Shown: piece by piece, positions 1-9,256 of the stretch
Layout: every line of letters begins with the position of its first letter
Position numbering within the stretch: position 1 is the first letter of the stretch
Origin: an uncultured delta proteobacterium
GTDB taxonomy: Bacteria; Desulfobacterota; Syntrophorhabdia; Syntrophorhabdales; WCHB1-27
DNA length: 64,000 nucleotides
Assembly: GCA_963810935.1 (NCBI GenBank)
Contig: CAWEPK010000005.1
Coordinates: forward strand, 64,001 to 128,000
Reading direction: 5' to 3'
Notes under the pieces: model-generated
What the model was told of the DNA's origin: nothing
What the model saw: the letters and a program-made list of their open reading frames with translations, nothing else
Database searches by the model: none
Made by a program: the position numbers and the translations under genes

Positions 1-1486
1 TCGCAGGCGGCCTGCCCCTGCAATTCTCGACCATCGGCATCTGCGACGGCATAGCCATGAACCATGAGGGGATGAAGTATTCTCTCGGGTCGAGGGAGCT
101 TGTAGCCGACTCCGTCGAGGTCATGGCCAAGGCATATCCCTTTGATGGGCTCGTCCTCATCCCGAACTGCGACAAAATAATCCCCGGCATGATGATGGCC
201 GCCCTCCGTCTCAACATCCCCGCCATTATCATCAGCGGTGGCCCTATGCTATCCGGCCGCTTCAAAGGGCGTACGGTCGACCTGATCTCCGTATTCGAGG
301 CGGTCGGCAAGGTGGCCGCAGGCTCAATGAGCGAGCAGGAGCTTACCGAGCTGGAAGGCTGCGCCTGCCCCGGCGCCGGCTCCTGCGCAGGCATGTTTAC
401 GGCAAACTCGATGAACTGTCTGAGCGAGGCCTTAGGGATAGCGCTGCCGGGCAACGGCACCATCCCGGCCGTCCACGCAGACCGTATCAGGCTCGCAAAG
501 ACTTCGGGGAAAGCCATCGTCGCCCTCGTCAAGGCGCAGCTTCACCCCCAGGCAGATCATGAATGAGAGGGCCTTCAGGAACGCGATCACGGTAGACATG
601 GCCTTCGGCGGCTCGACGAACACGGCCCTGCACCTGCCGGCAATCGCCAATGAGGCAGGCATGAAACTGCCCCTGGCCCTTTTCGACGAAATTTCGGAGA
701 AGACGCCGCACCTGTGCTATATGAGCCCCGCAGGCCCCCACCACCTTGAAGACCTTTACGAGGCGGGCGGTGTTTACGCCATCATGAAGGAGCTGTCGAA
801 AAAACGCCTTGTAGACAAAACCTGCAAGACCGTCGCGGGGAAGAAGGTTGGAGGAGCTGATGGCACTGGCGAGTGTAGAAGACTACAGCGTGATCAGGCC
901 CATCGACGAGCCGTATCACCCGAGGGGCGGCCTCGTGGTCCTCTCCGGAAGCCTCGCACCGCTTGGCGCCGTCGTCAAGGCTGCGGGAGTCGCGGACAAC
1001 ATGCGAAGGTTCGCAGGGCGGGCGCGGGTCTTCGAAAGCGAAGAGCAGGCGATGAAGGCCATCATGGAGAACAAGGTAAAGGCAGGAGACGCGATCATCA
1101 TCCGGTACGAAGGCCCAAAGGGAGGGCCGGGCATGCGGGAGATGCTGACTCCGACGAGCGTTCTGTGCGGCAGGGGGCTCGACCTCGATTGCGCCCTTAT
1201 CACGGACGGCAGGTTCTCCGGGGGCACCAGGGGCCTTTGCATAGGCCACGTCTCGCCGGAAGCGGCGGAGATGGGCCCCATTGCATTCGTCAGGGAGGGA
1301 GACAGCATCACGATCGATCTCGACAAAAAGTCGATAGATCTCCTGGTTACCGAAGCGGAGATGAACAAGAGGCGGAAGGGCTGGAAAAGGCCCGAGCCTA
1401 ACATTAAAAAGGGCTATATGGCGCGCTACGCAGCGATGGTGACCGGGGCTGCCGGCGGCGCCGTGTTCCAGCTTCCCGAGGAATAA
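1..1486 (+). CDS. ilvD: Dihydroxy-acid dehydratase (5'-truncated by the window edge; two apparent frameshifts near 550 and 845)
   Basis: Motifs [56 protein letters not shown] and [10 protein letters not shown] are spread over ORFs 57-566, 559-~845 and 848-1486. Confidence 0.93.
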
Positions 1487-1504
1487 AAAGACCGGACCGG
1501 CCAC

Positions 1505-2884
1505 ATGCCTATGGACGCAGCGACTATAGATAAGATAAGGGCAATCTGCGGCGCGGAGAACGTCAAGGAGTCGCTCGAAGAGCGCAAATGCTACGCCTAT
1601 GACGGAAGGACGGAAGGCACGATCCCCGACCTTGTCGTTTTCCCCGCGTCCGCCGGAGAAGTATCGGAGATACTCAAGCTCGCCAACAACCTCCTTTTCC
1701 CCATAATCCCCAGGGGGCAGGGCTCCGGCCTTACGGGCGGGTCCGTGCCCGCGAGCGGCGGGGTCGTCCTGTCGTTCATGCGCATGGACCGCATTCTCGA
1801 GATCGACACGGCAAATCTGGTGACCGTTGTGGAACCTGGGGTCATCACGTTCGTCCTGCAGCAGGAGGTCGCAAAAAAGGGGCTTTTCTACCCGCCGGAC
1901 CCTTCTTCGTATAAATATTCGAGCATCGGCGGCAATGTGGCCGAGTGCGCCGGCGGCCCGAACTCGCTTAAATACGGCGTGACCCGCGACTATGTGCTTG
2001 GACTTGAGATCGTGCTCCCCACCGGAGAGATACTGAACGTGGGCGTCCGGACGATGAAGGGCGTAGTCGGCTACGACCTGACAAGGCTCTTTGTGGGCAG
2101 CGAGGGCACCCTCGGCGTCATTACGAAAATAACGCTCAAGCTCATCCCCCTGCCTGAGGCGAAGGTGACCCTTCTGGCCCTGTTCGGCGACGTGGAGGAG
2201 GCGGCGCAGACGGTCTCGGCCATTATCGCCGCAAAGATAGTACCGGCTACGATAGAGTTCATGGACAAATCGTCTATACAGTGCAGCGAGAAGGCATCAC
2301 CCATGGGCCTGCCCGAGGGCGTAGGCGGCCTGCTTCTGATCGAGGTCGATGGGACACGGGAAGGGGCGCTCGCCCAGGCGGAAAAAGTCCGCTCGATTGC
2401 CGCCGCCCGCCGCGCTGTCCGCTGCGACCTGACGGAAGACCCCGTCGAGGCGGACAAGCTATGGCAGGCGCGCAGGGTCCTCTCGCAGGCGACTTATAAC
2501 ATCAACCCCGTCAAGATAGCGGAGGACGTGGTAGTGCCACGCTCCGAGATACCGGCTTTCATCCGGTCCCTCGAGGCGCTGCAGGAGCGCTTTGGCGTGC
2601 CTATCCTGAGCTTCGGCCACGCGGGCGACGGAAACTTCCACGTCAGCCTCATGATAAAAGACACGGCCGAAGACAGGCAAAAGGCCGAAGAGGCGGTGAA
2701 AGAGATATTCGCCGAGGCCTTGAGGCGCGGAGGCACCATGTCCGGCGAACACGGCATAGGGCTCTCAAAAGCGCCATATCTGGGCATGGAGCTGTCGGAC
2801 GACGTGATAGCGACCATGAAAAAGATCAAGGTGTCGTTCGACCCGAACAATATTCTCAACCCCGGCAAGATATTCCCTAGTTAA
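1505..2884 (+). CDS. FAD-linked oxidase, glycolate oxidase GlcD / D-lactate dehydrogenase family
   Basis: PRGQGSGLTGG, YPPDPSS, GSEGTLG, HAGDGNFH, SGEHGIG, NILNPGK. Confidence 0.88.
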   Translation: MPMDAATIDKIRAICGAENVKESLEERKCYAYDGRTEGTIPDLVVFPASAGEVSEILKLANNLLFPIIPRGQGSGLTGGSVPASGGVVLSFMRMDRILEIDTANLVTVVEPGVITFVLQQEVAKKGLFYPPDPSSYKYSSIGGNVAECAGGPNSLKYGVTRDYVLGLEIVLPTGEILNVGVRTMKGVVGYDLTRLFVGSEGTLGVITKITLKLIPLPEAKVTLLALFGDVEEAAQTVSAIIAAKIVPATIEFMDKSSIQCSEKASPMGLPEGVGGLLLIEVDGTREGALAQAEKVRSIAAARRAVRCDLTEDPVEADKLWQARRVLSQATYNINPVKIAEDVVVPRSEIPAFIRSLEALQERFGVPILSFGHAGDGNFHVSLMIKDTAEDRQKAEEAVKEIFAEALRRGGTMSGEHGIGLSKAPYLGMELSDDVIATMKKIKVSFDPNNILNPGKIFPS

Positions 2885-2887
2885 TGT

Positions 2888-3018
2888 GGGGCCTGGCTCT
2901 TTCCGCGCCTTTCGCGTCGTTTTCTCGGGCGCGAGTCCTCACGTACACAAAACGTACGCTGCGGCTCGCTTCGTCGAAAAGCAACGCGAAATCCATCGGA
3001 AATAGCCAGGCCCGTTGC
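2888..3018 (+). repeat. REP/MITE-like palindromic element, family A copy 1
   Basis: Terminal inverted repeats GGGCCTGGCT (2889-2898) / AGCCAGGCCC (3004-3013); internal CTCACGTAC-N-GTACGCT core; colinear with the reverse complement of 6229-6359. Confidence 0.85.
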
Positions 3019-3064
3019 AACTCTTTGGCCGGTTTACCTGAGGCTTTGGAATCTTTCAACGCTG

Positions 3065-3589
3065 TCACGGACTCTTGATAATCTGCCGAATCAACTTAGC
3101 TACATCAGGTGGCAACGCGTCCTGACGTGCCTCTGATAGGAAGGCAGCGAGCAGCGGTTGGACTTCAGCAAGAAGCCCAGAGAAGTCCCACTGTTTTGTC
3201 ACCGGTGTACCAAACTGTCGGCCAGTTGTTAGATGCGCCATTTCTTTGTTTGCACGCGTGCGAGCTTCAGACAGTGTCTGGCTCATGGCCGGCCGGGCGG
3301 TATCCCAGATCCCAGGTTTACAGAAATCGGATGCCGACAGGTCGGTTGGTTTTGGGCTTATATACAGGAAGTCAATCACGTTCCGAAGATGGAGTACGAA
3401 CCCTTCTATTTTAAGATTTCTCATTAGCGCTGCGTCGGCCGCGCTTGACACCCCGACCATTGTGGGTTTTGAAAGAAGCGTGCCGACCCCAAAAAGCATG
3501 TCAATCTCGTAGAATAGGTGCTCCTCTGAATAGGCTTGAAGGTAACTATCGCCGAAGGGCCTTTTAGGTTGGGTCTTGACTGTAGCCAT
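3065..3589 (-). CDS. Hypothetical protein, possibly HEPN-like
   Basis: Lower-GC ORF; GGAGG RBS 6 nt before ATG 3589; C-terminal RANKEMAH motif. Confidence 0.6.
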   Translation of the reverse strand: MATVKTQPKRPFGDSYLQAYSEEHLFYEIDMLFGVGTLLSKPTMVGVSSAADAALMRNLKIEGFVLHLRNVIDFLYISPKPTDLSASDFCKPGIWDTARPAMSQTLSEARTRANKEMAHLTTGRQFGTPVTKQWDFSGLLAEVQPLLAAFLSEARQDALPPDVAKLIRQIIKSP

Positions 3590-3823
3590 GATCATCCTCC
3601 TGTCTAGAGAAAACGAAACGGTATGATGCTTTTCGGCCTTGTCTCTACTATTCTGCTCATGCTCCACGCTTCCAAATAGATATTTACCACCCACATTCTC
3701 TAAACACAAGTAAACTGTCCCAATAACCTCTCAACTGATATTGACACTTTCCCATCCCCATGCTAATTTTTCTTTTCATTTCCGGACATTTCTGTGCCGA
3801 TGGGGAGGAGAGGCTTTTAGACG

Positions 3824-5962
3824 ATGTGCGCCTTTACGCTGAGAGAGATCAAACGGTTTGACTACAAGAGGCCGGATATACGGAACGGGTACGCCAACCA
3901 GACCCTTGACGTAAACCTCTCGGACCTGACGATCGATATAAAACCCGTGACCGAACAAATGAAGGAGACCTTCATCGGAGGAAAAGGCTTCGACCTTTGG
4001 CTCCTCTGGAACGCGGTGCAATCGTCCACGCGATGGAACGACCCAGAGAACGCCATCTGCATTGCCTCCGGCCCGATGGGCGGCACGTCGGTCTACCCCG
4101 GGTCCGGCAAGAGCATCGTCACGTGCATCTCCGCGACGACCGGCTCCGTAATGGATTCGAACGTGGGCGGTTATTTCGGCCCGTACCTCAAGTTCTCAGG
4201 CTTCGACGCAATGGCGGTTCAGGGCAAATCGAAGGCACCGGTTGTCGTCTACATCGACGGCGTCGATTGGCATGTAGAGATTTTCGAGGCCGAGGGGCTG
4301 CCGGATCAGTCGCACGACCGGACGACCGCGCTGACGGACCATTTCGGCAAGGGAGCGCAGAAGGACATCTCCGTGGTAACGACGGGGCCGGCCGCGCACC
4401 ACACCCTCATCGGGTGCCTCAATTTCTCATGGTACGACCAGAAACGGGGAAGGGCAAGGCTCAAACAGGCCGGCCGCGGGGGCATAGGCACGGTCTTCGC
4501 GGACAAGGGGATCGCCGCCCTCGTCGTGCGCTGGCACCCGGTAAAGCTTGAGACCAATGACCCGGCTGACACAGCATTGTTGAAACGGGTGGCGAAGCTC
4601 CACTCTGCCGAGATCCTCGAACAGGACCCGAAGCAAAACCATATGTCCACGGTGGGGACGGCGCACCTCGTCACGATCATGAACGATTACGACCTGCTGC
4701 CGGTCCGCAACTACCGTTACGGCAGCCACCCGGACGCGCCCCTGATGGGCGAAGACGTCTTCCTGAAACTCTTCGATAAGGGCTTCGACGGCTGTTGGAT
4801 CGGCTGCACCCTCTCGTGCGCGCACGGCGTCAAGGATTTCGTGCCGGTGAGCGGGCCGCGCAAGGGAGACAGGGTATTCGTAGACGGACCGGAGTATGAG
4901 ACCATCGCAGGGTGCGGATCGAATTGCGGCATCTTCGACCCCCATCACGTAGTCGAGATGAACTATTATTGCGACACCTACGGGCTCGACTCGATCTCCG
5001 CCGGCACGGGCATCGCCTTTGCGATGGAATGCTTCGAGATGGGCCTCATCGACAAGACGCACACGGAAGGCCTCGACCTTTCCTTCGGCAACAAGGAAAG
5101 CGCCCTGGAGCTGATGCACCAGATGGCCGCAGGCGTTGGGTTCGGCAAAATCGTAGGCCAGGGCGTCCGAAGGATGAAAGAGATATTCGCCGGCAGTTTC
5201 GGCGCCGACATTGCCGTGCTCTCCGACATCGGCATGGAGGCAAAGGGCCTGGAGTTCTCCGAATACATGAGCAAAGAATCGCTCGCGCAGCAGGGCGGCT
5301 ACGGCCTGGCCCTCAAAGGCCCACAACACGACGAGGCCTGGCTGATCTTCCTCGATATGGTGCATAACCTGCTGCCGACCTTCGACAAGAAGGCCGAGTC
5401 GCTTCATTGGTTCCCCCTCTTCCGCACCTGGTTCGGCCTGTGCGGGCTTTGCAAGCTGCCGTGGAACGACGTCAGCCCGGCCGACAACAAAGAGACGGCG
5501 GAGCCTGCGAAGGTCATGAAGCACGTCGAGTGGTATGCGCAATACTATGGCGCAGTCACCGGCAAGGAGGCGACGCCCGAAGACCTCATAATGATGAGCG
5601 AGAGGGTATACAACTTCCAGCGCATCTTCTGCGTCAGGATGGGCTTCGGCCGCAGGGAGCACGATGCCATCCCTTACCGGGCCATGGGGCCGGTAACCGT
5701 TGACGAATACGAGTCGAGGGCGGAGCGCTACGACGGCCAGTTGAAAGAATTATACAACGTGGACATCGACGGGAAGGCAACCGCAGAGAAGGTGGCGCTT
5801 TTGAGGCGCCTGCGCGAGGATAGGTACGAGCAGCTCAAGGACGCTGTGTACGAGCGCAGGGGCTGGACGGCGGACGGCATCCCTACCCTTGCAACCGTAA
5901 GGCGGCTGGGCATCGACTTCCCCGAGGTAATCGACGTATTGAATAAGCACGGGGTAGCGTGA
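3824..5962 (+). CDS. Aldehyde:ferredoxin oxidoreductase family (W/Mo pterin)
   Basis: FIGGKG, DSNVGGYFG, AGRGGIG, C-x2-C-x3-C, GPEYET, YGLDSIS, C-terminal RGWTADGIP. Confidence 0.9.
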   Translation: MCAFTLREIKRFDYKRPDIRNGYANQTLDVNLSDLTIDIKPVTEQMKETFIGGKGFDLWLLWNAVQSSTRWNDPENAICIASGPMGGTSVYPGSGKSIVTCISATTGSVMDSNVGGYFGPYLKFSGFDAMAVQGKSKAPVVVYIDGVDWHVEIFEAEGLPDQSHDRTTALTDHFGKGAQKDISVVTTGPAAHHTLIGCLNFSWYDQKRGRARLKQAGRGGIGTVFADKGIAALVVRWHPVKLETNDPADTALLKRVAKLHSAEILEQDPKQNHMSTVGTAHLVTIMNDYDLLPVRNYRYGSHPDAPLMGEDVFLKLFDKGFDGCWIGCTLSCAHGVKDFVPVSGPRKGDRVFVDGPEYETIAGCGSNCGIFDPHHVVEMNYYCDTYGLDSISAGTGIAFAMECFEMGLIDKTHTEGLDLSFGNKESALELMHQMAAGVGFGKIVGQGVRRMKEIFAGSFGADIAVLSDIGMEAKGLEFSEYMSKESLAQQGGYGLALKGPQHDEAWLIFLDMVHNLLPTFDKKAESLHWFPLFRTWFGLCGLCKLPWNDVSPADNKETAEPAKVMKHVEWYAQYYGAVTGKEATPEDLIMMSERVYNFQRIFCVRMGFGRREHDAIPYRAMGPVTVDEYESRAERYDGQLKELYNVDIDGKATAEKVALLRRLREDRYEQLKDAVYERRGWTADGIPTLATVRRLGIDFPEVIDVLNKHGVA

Positions 5963-6159
5963 TGGTGCGGGTAGACGGCAGGGGCGTGCCGTGGCGCGAT
6001 GGGATGACCATCGCCGACCTTTTGAAGGAGCTTAACGACCCCTTCCCCTATCCTGTCGCACGCATAGACGGCCGCGCAATCACCGCGCAGGAATTCGACA
6101 GTTTTCCCCTTCCTGACGACATAGAAGTTCACCTGATACCGCTGGTCGCAGGCGGCTGA
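5959..6159 (+). CDS. ThiS/MoaD-family sulfur carrier protein
   Basis: 66 aa with C-terminal VAGG; translationally coupled to AOR. Confidence 0.85.
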   Translation: MMVRVDGRGVPWRDGMTIADLLKELNDPFPYPVARIDGRAITAQEFDSFPLPDDIEVHLIPLVAGG

Positions 6160-6228
6160 ACCGGTATTATCCGGACTATCAGAGCCCGAGAAAAACCATA
6201 TTGTTGTAAAGCGGGAAATAACTGAAGC

Positions 6229-6359
6229 GCAAGCGGCCGAGGCGATTTTCGATGGAATTCGCGTTGCTTTTCGAAGGCGCGCGGCGGAGCGTACGTAGTG
6301 GGTACGTGAGCAAGCCGCGCCGAGAAAACGGCGCGAAGGCCGCGAAAAGCGCCCGGCCC
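6229..6359 (-). repeat. REP/MITE-like palindromic element, family A copy 2 (inverted)
   Basis: Reverse complement aligns along its length with 2888-3018 (shared TTTTCTCGG, CTCACGTAC, ACGTACGCT, CGAAAAGCAACGCGAA, TCCATCG); lies between convergent genes. Confidence 0.85.
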
Positions 6360-6367
6360 TCAACCCA

Positions 6368-6607
6368 CTAGGGGGCGAAGTTGGAGAGCTGGTATGGTAT
6401 CTCCTTCTCTTCCAGCTCCTGCTTCTTTTCGAAATAGACCTCGCCGGCGGCGATCTCCCTCAGGGAAGTTACTACCTCCCGGTTGGTCGATTTTACCATC
6501 GGCTTCGATCCCTTGACGAGTTGTTTCGATCTCTTCGCAGCGAGGTGGACAAGCTCGAAGCGGTTTTCAACCTTATCCATGCAATCTTCAACGGTTATCC
6601 TGGCCAT
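6368..6607 (-). CDS. rpoZ: RNA polymerase omega subunit
   Basis: MARITVEDC...NRFELV...LREIA. Confidence 0.95.
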   Translation of the reverse strand: MARITVEDCMDKVENRFELVHLAAKRSKQLVKGSKPMVKSTNREVVTSLREIAAGEVYFEKKQELEEKEIPYQLSNFAP

Positions 6608-7169
6608 CCTGCTGCCTCCTTACGCCGGCGATAATTGATTTAAACTCGCCGTACGCCTTGTTAAGATTATCATTTATGACTACATAAGTAAAGAGGTCCT
6701 TCTTTGCGATCTCCTCTCTGACACGCTGCATGCGCCGCTCGATCTCCTTCTCCCCCCTGGCCGAAAGCCTTCTCACAAGCTCGTCCATCGACGGCGTATC
6801 TACGAATATAAGCACCGCCTCGGGCAATTTCTCTTTTACTGTAAGGGCGCCCTTGACGTCGATGTCGAGGATGACGTCGAGCCCTTCCGACAAAGGGCCC
6901 GATATTTCCTTGCCGGGCGTGCCGTACAGGTTGTCGTGGACGCTTTCCCACTCCAGGAATTCTCCTTTTGCAATCATGGCCCGGAACGTCCCTTCGTCGA
7001 CGAACCGGTAGTCCCGCCCGTCGACCTCCTGCCCTCTCTTTTGGCGCGTTGTATATGAGACGGAGAAGCGGCTGGATGCGTCTTCCGCCAGGAATTTTTC
7101 TATGAGGCTGCTTTTCCCCGTTCCCGACGGGCCGGAAACTACAAAGAGACGCCCGCGCTTATTCGACAT
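6588..7169 (-). CDS. gmk: Guanylate kinase
   Basis: [10 protein letters not shown]-loop, SYTTR, EVDGRDY, YGT, LDIDVKG. Confidence 0.95.
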   Translation of the reverse strand: MSNKRGRLFVVSGPSGTGKSSLIEKFLAEDASSRFSVSYTTRQKRGQEVDGRDYRFVDEGTFRAMIAKGEFLEWESVHDNLYGTPGKEISGPLSEGLDVILDIDVKGALTVKEKLPEAVLIFVDTPSMDELVRRLSARGEKEIERRMQRVREEIAKKDLFTYVVINDNLNKAYGEFKSIIAGVRRQQDGQDNR

Positions 7170-8019
7170 TCTGCACTTGCTCCCGCATCTTCTCTATCTC
7201 CACCTTGATCAGGATCGCCTTCTCGCTGATGGAAAGGTCGCCTGACTTGCTCGCTATCGTATTGGTCTCCCTCACCATCTCCTGGATGACGAAGTCGAGC
7301 TTCCGGCCTATCTCTTCTTTGGAAGCCAGCGTCGTCCTGAAGAGGTCCAGGTGCCCCTTCAGCCGCGCTATCTCTTCCGCGATATCGAGCCTTTCCATGT
7401 AGAATCCCATCTCCTGGAGCAGCCTCGCCTCGTCACCGGCGGTCCCGCTTATCTCGGCGATCTTCTTGCGCAGCGTCTCCTGGTGGCTCTTTACCGCCTC
7501 CGGCCAGCGCTCCTCGATCACTATCAGGTAATCACCGATGTTAGAGAGCCTTTCGGAAAGGTCTTTTTCAATCAGCGCGCCTTCCCGTTCCCGCTCCCCG
7601 TTCAGGCCGGCAAGGAGCGTCTCAAGACAGGAGAATAACAGCGCCTCGGGCAGGGCCTCTTCCTCGTAAACCAGGATATCCTTGAGACCGAGCAGGTCGG
7701 CGACGGTCAAATCCCCTTCGAGGCCGTATGACTCCTTCAATTTGCGGGCAAGACCGACGTACCACCCGATGGCCTCTTCGTTCGCCTTCGGCACGCCGCC
7801 GTCCGCGCCTTTGTCCCACTTTATCGTTATGTCTAGCCTGCCCCGTTTTATGAGCTTCTTGGCGGCTTCCCGCAGGCGCGACTCGTAGCCGGAGGCGCTC
7901 CTCGGCAGCCGCAGCGAGACCTCCAGGTAGCGGCTGTTGAGCGACCGCGCCTCACCGTAACACTTCCCTTCCCCGCTCTCCATCTCGACTTTCGAAAAAC
8001 CCGTCATGCTCTTCGGCAT
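7159..8019 (-). CDS. yicC: YicC/YloC family endoribonuclease
   Basis: SMTGF start, [26 protein letters not shown] end; upstream of gmk. Confidence 0.92.
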   Translation of the reverse strand: MPKSMTGFSKVEMESGEGKCYGEARSLNSRYLEVSLRLPRSASGYESRLREAAKKLIKRGRLDITIKWDKGADGGVPKANEEAIGWYVGLARKLKESYGLEGDLTVADLLGLKDILVYEEEALPEALLFSCLETLLAGLNGEREREGALIEKDLSERLSNIGDYLIVIEERWPEAVKSHQETLRKKIAEISGTAGDEARLLQEMGFYMERLDIAEEIARLKGHLDLFRTTLASKEEIGRKLDFVIQEMVRETNTIASKSGDLSISEKAILIKVEIEKMREQVQNVE

Positions 8020-8537
8020 CTCAGCAACCCCTTATAGTCTTCTCTCCATCCGTTAAAAAGACCGACCAGACGGCCGCCCCCGTAATCGGGATAGGTCCAC
8101 TTCAGCGGCCTATAGCTTCCGTTCTCATAAATGAGCGTCAGGTCCGCGAAAATGCCGCCCCCTAAGTAAATCCTGTGGGCGAAACCCTTGGTCGTGCCGA
8201 GCACTAAGTGCTCAAGGGCGATATATCCAGGGTCCACGTTCACCTGCCGCTTCTCGTCCGATGATGCAGCCGCCTCTATACCGTTCGACGCGACCTTGAA
8301 AGCGGCCAGCTTATCGCGGTCGAGGAGGGGTTCGAAGAGGACGAAATAACGGAGCAGACCGGCGCCCATCTCGGCCTCATAATAGTTTGACTCCGAAAAA
8401 GGCATGACTTCCGTCTTCTTCAGGATGGGGCCGACGATGCCGGCAAGCCCTTCCTCCACCCCCTTCAGTATAACCGGGTCCTTGTAGATAATGCTCGAAA
8501 AAAAGAGAACGGGGGGAGGCGGCTTCAACGTTCCCAC
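8004..8537 (-). CDS. DUF4416-family protein
   Basis: YYEAEMG, RQVNVDPGY, HRIYLGGGI, WTYPDY; likely GTG start at 8537. Confidence 0.75.
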   Translation of the reverse strand: MGTLKPPPPVLFFSSIIYKDPVILKGVEEGLAGIVGPILKKTEVMPFSESNYYEAEMGAGLLRYFVLFEPLLDRDKLAAFKVASNGIEAAASSDEKRQVNVDPGYIALEHLVLGTTKGFAHRIYLGGGIFADLTLIYENGSYRPLKWTYPDYGGGRLVGLFNGWREDYKGLLRCRRA

Positions 8538-9256
8538 AGTATAAAATACTCCCTGTTCTTCTTTTCTTTGCCCCTCGGCGCCTCCACCGTATCGACCGCG
8601 CGCAGCCCGCACGTGCCTCCGAACTCCCGTATATCGTCCAGCACTTCCCTGATCCGTTCGGCGTCCTTTACAACGCCGCCTTTGCCCACCCTGTACCTGC
8701 CCACCTCGAACTGGGGTTTGACGAGCGTAATGAGGACGCCCCCCGGTTTCAGCAGAGGCAGCAGCACAGGGATGATCTTCTTCAGTGAAATGAAGGAAAC
8801 GTCGACCGTAATGATATCGGCCGTCTCGCCCACCGATTCCGGGGAGAGATAGCGGGCGTTCACGTTTTCCTTAACTACGACCCGCGGGTCCGCCCGCAGC
8901 TTCTCGTGGAGCTGGTGGGTGCCCGCGTCTATCGCGTAGACCCTGGCCGCCCCGGATTTGAGCAGGTAATCGACAAAACCGCCCGTCGAAGACCCTATGT
9001 CGATCGCTGTCTTCCCGGCCGCGTCGAGTCCGAAGCGCCCGGCCGCGTCCGCCAGCTTGACGCCGCCGTAACCCACGTACGGCAGGCCCTTGCCGCGCAC
9101 TTCCACGGCCGACTCCTCGTCCACCACCCTGTCCGCCCGCAGGACGCGCTGTCCCTCCAGATAGACCTCTCCCGCCATGACCAGTATTTTTGCCTTTTCT
9201 CTTGATTCGACGAGGCCCTTCCGGGCAAGGAGAGTATCTATTCTGAGCTTAGCCAC
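8525..9256 (-). CDS. tlyA: TlyA-family RNA methyltransferase
   Basis: S4 N-terminus, DIGSSTGGF, DVSFISL, LVKPQFE. Confidence 0.92.
   Translation of the reverse strand: MAKLRIDTLLARKGLVESREKAKILVMAGEVYLEGQRVLRADRVVDEESAVEVRGKGLPYVGYGGVKLADAAGRFGLDAAGKTAIDIGSSTGGFVDYLLKSGAARVYAIDAGTHQLHEKLRADPRVVVKENVNARYLSPESVGETADIITVDVSFISLKKIIPVLLPLLKPGGVLITLVKPQFEVGRYRVGKGGVVKDAERIREVLDDIREFGGTCGLRAVDTVEAPRGKEKKNREYFILWER

Noticed and set aside
4427..5662. Long antisense ORFs (also 9325-10818, 25056-26333, 28441-29883, 32815-34104, 53924-55003)
   Set aside because: Shadow ORFs opposite well-supported genes in GC-rich DNA, with no recognisable motifs
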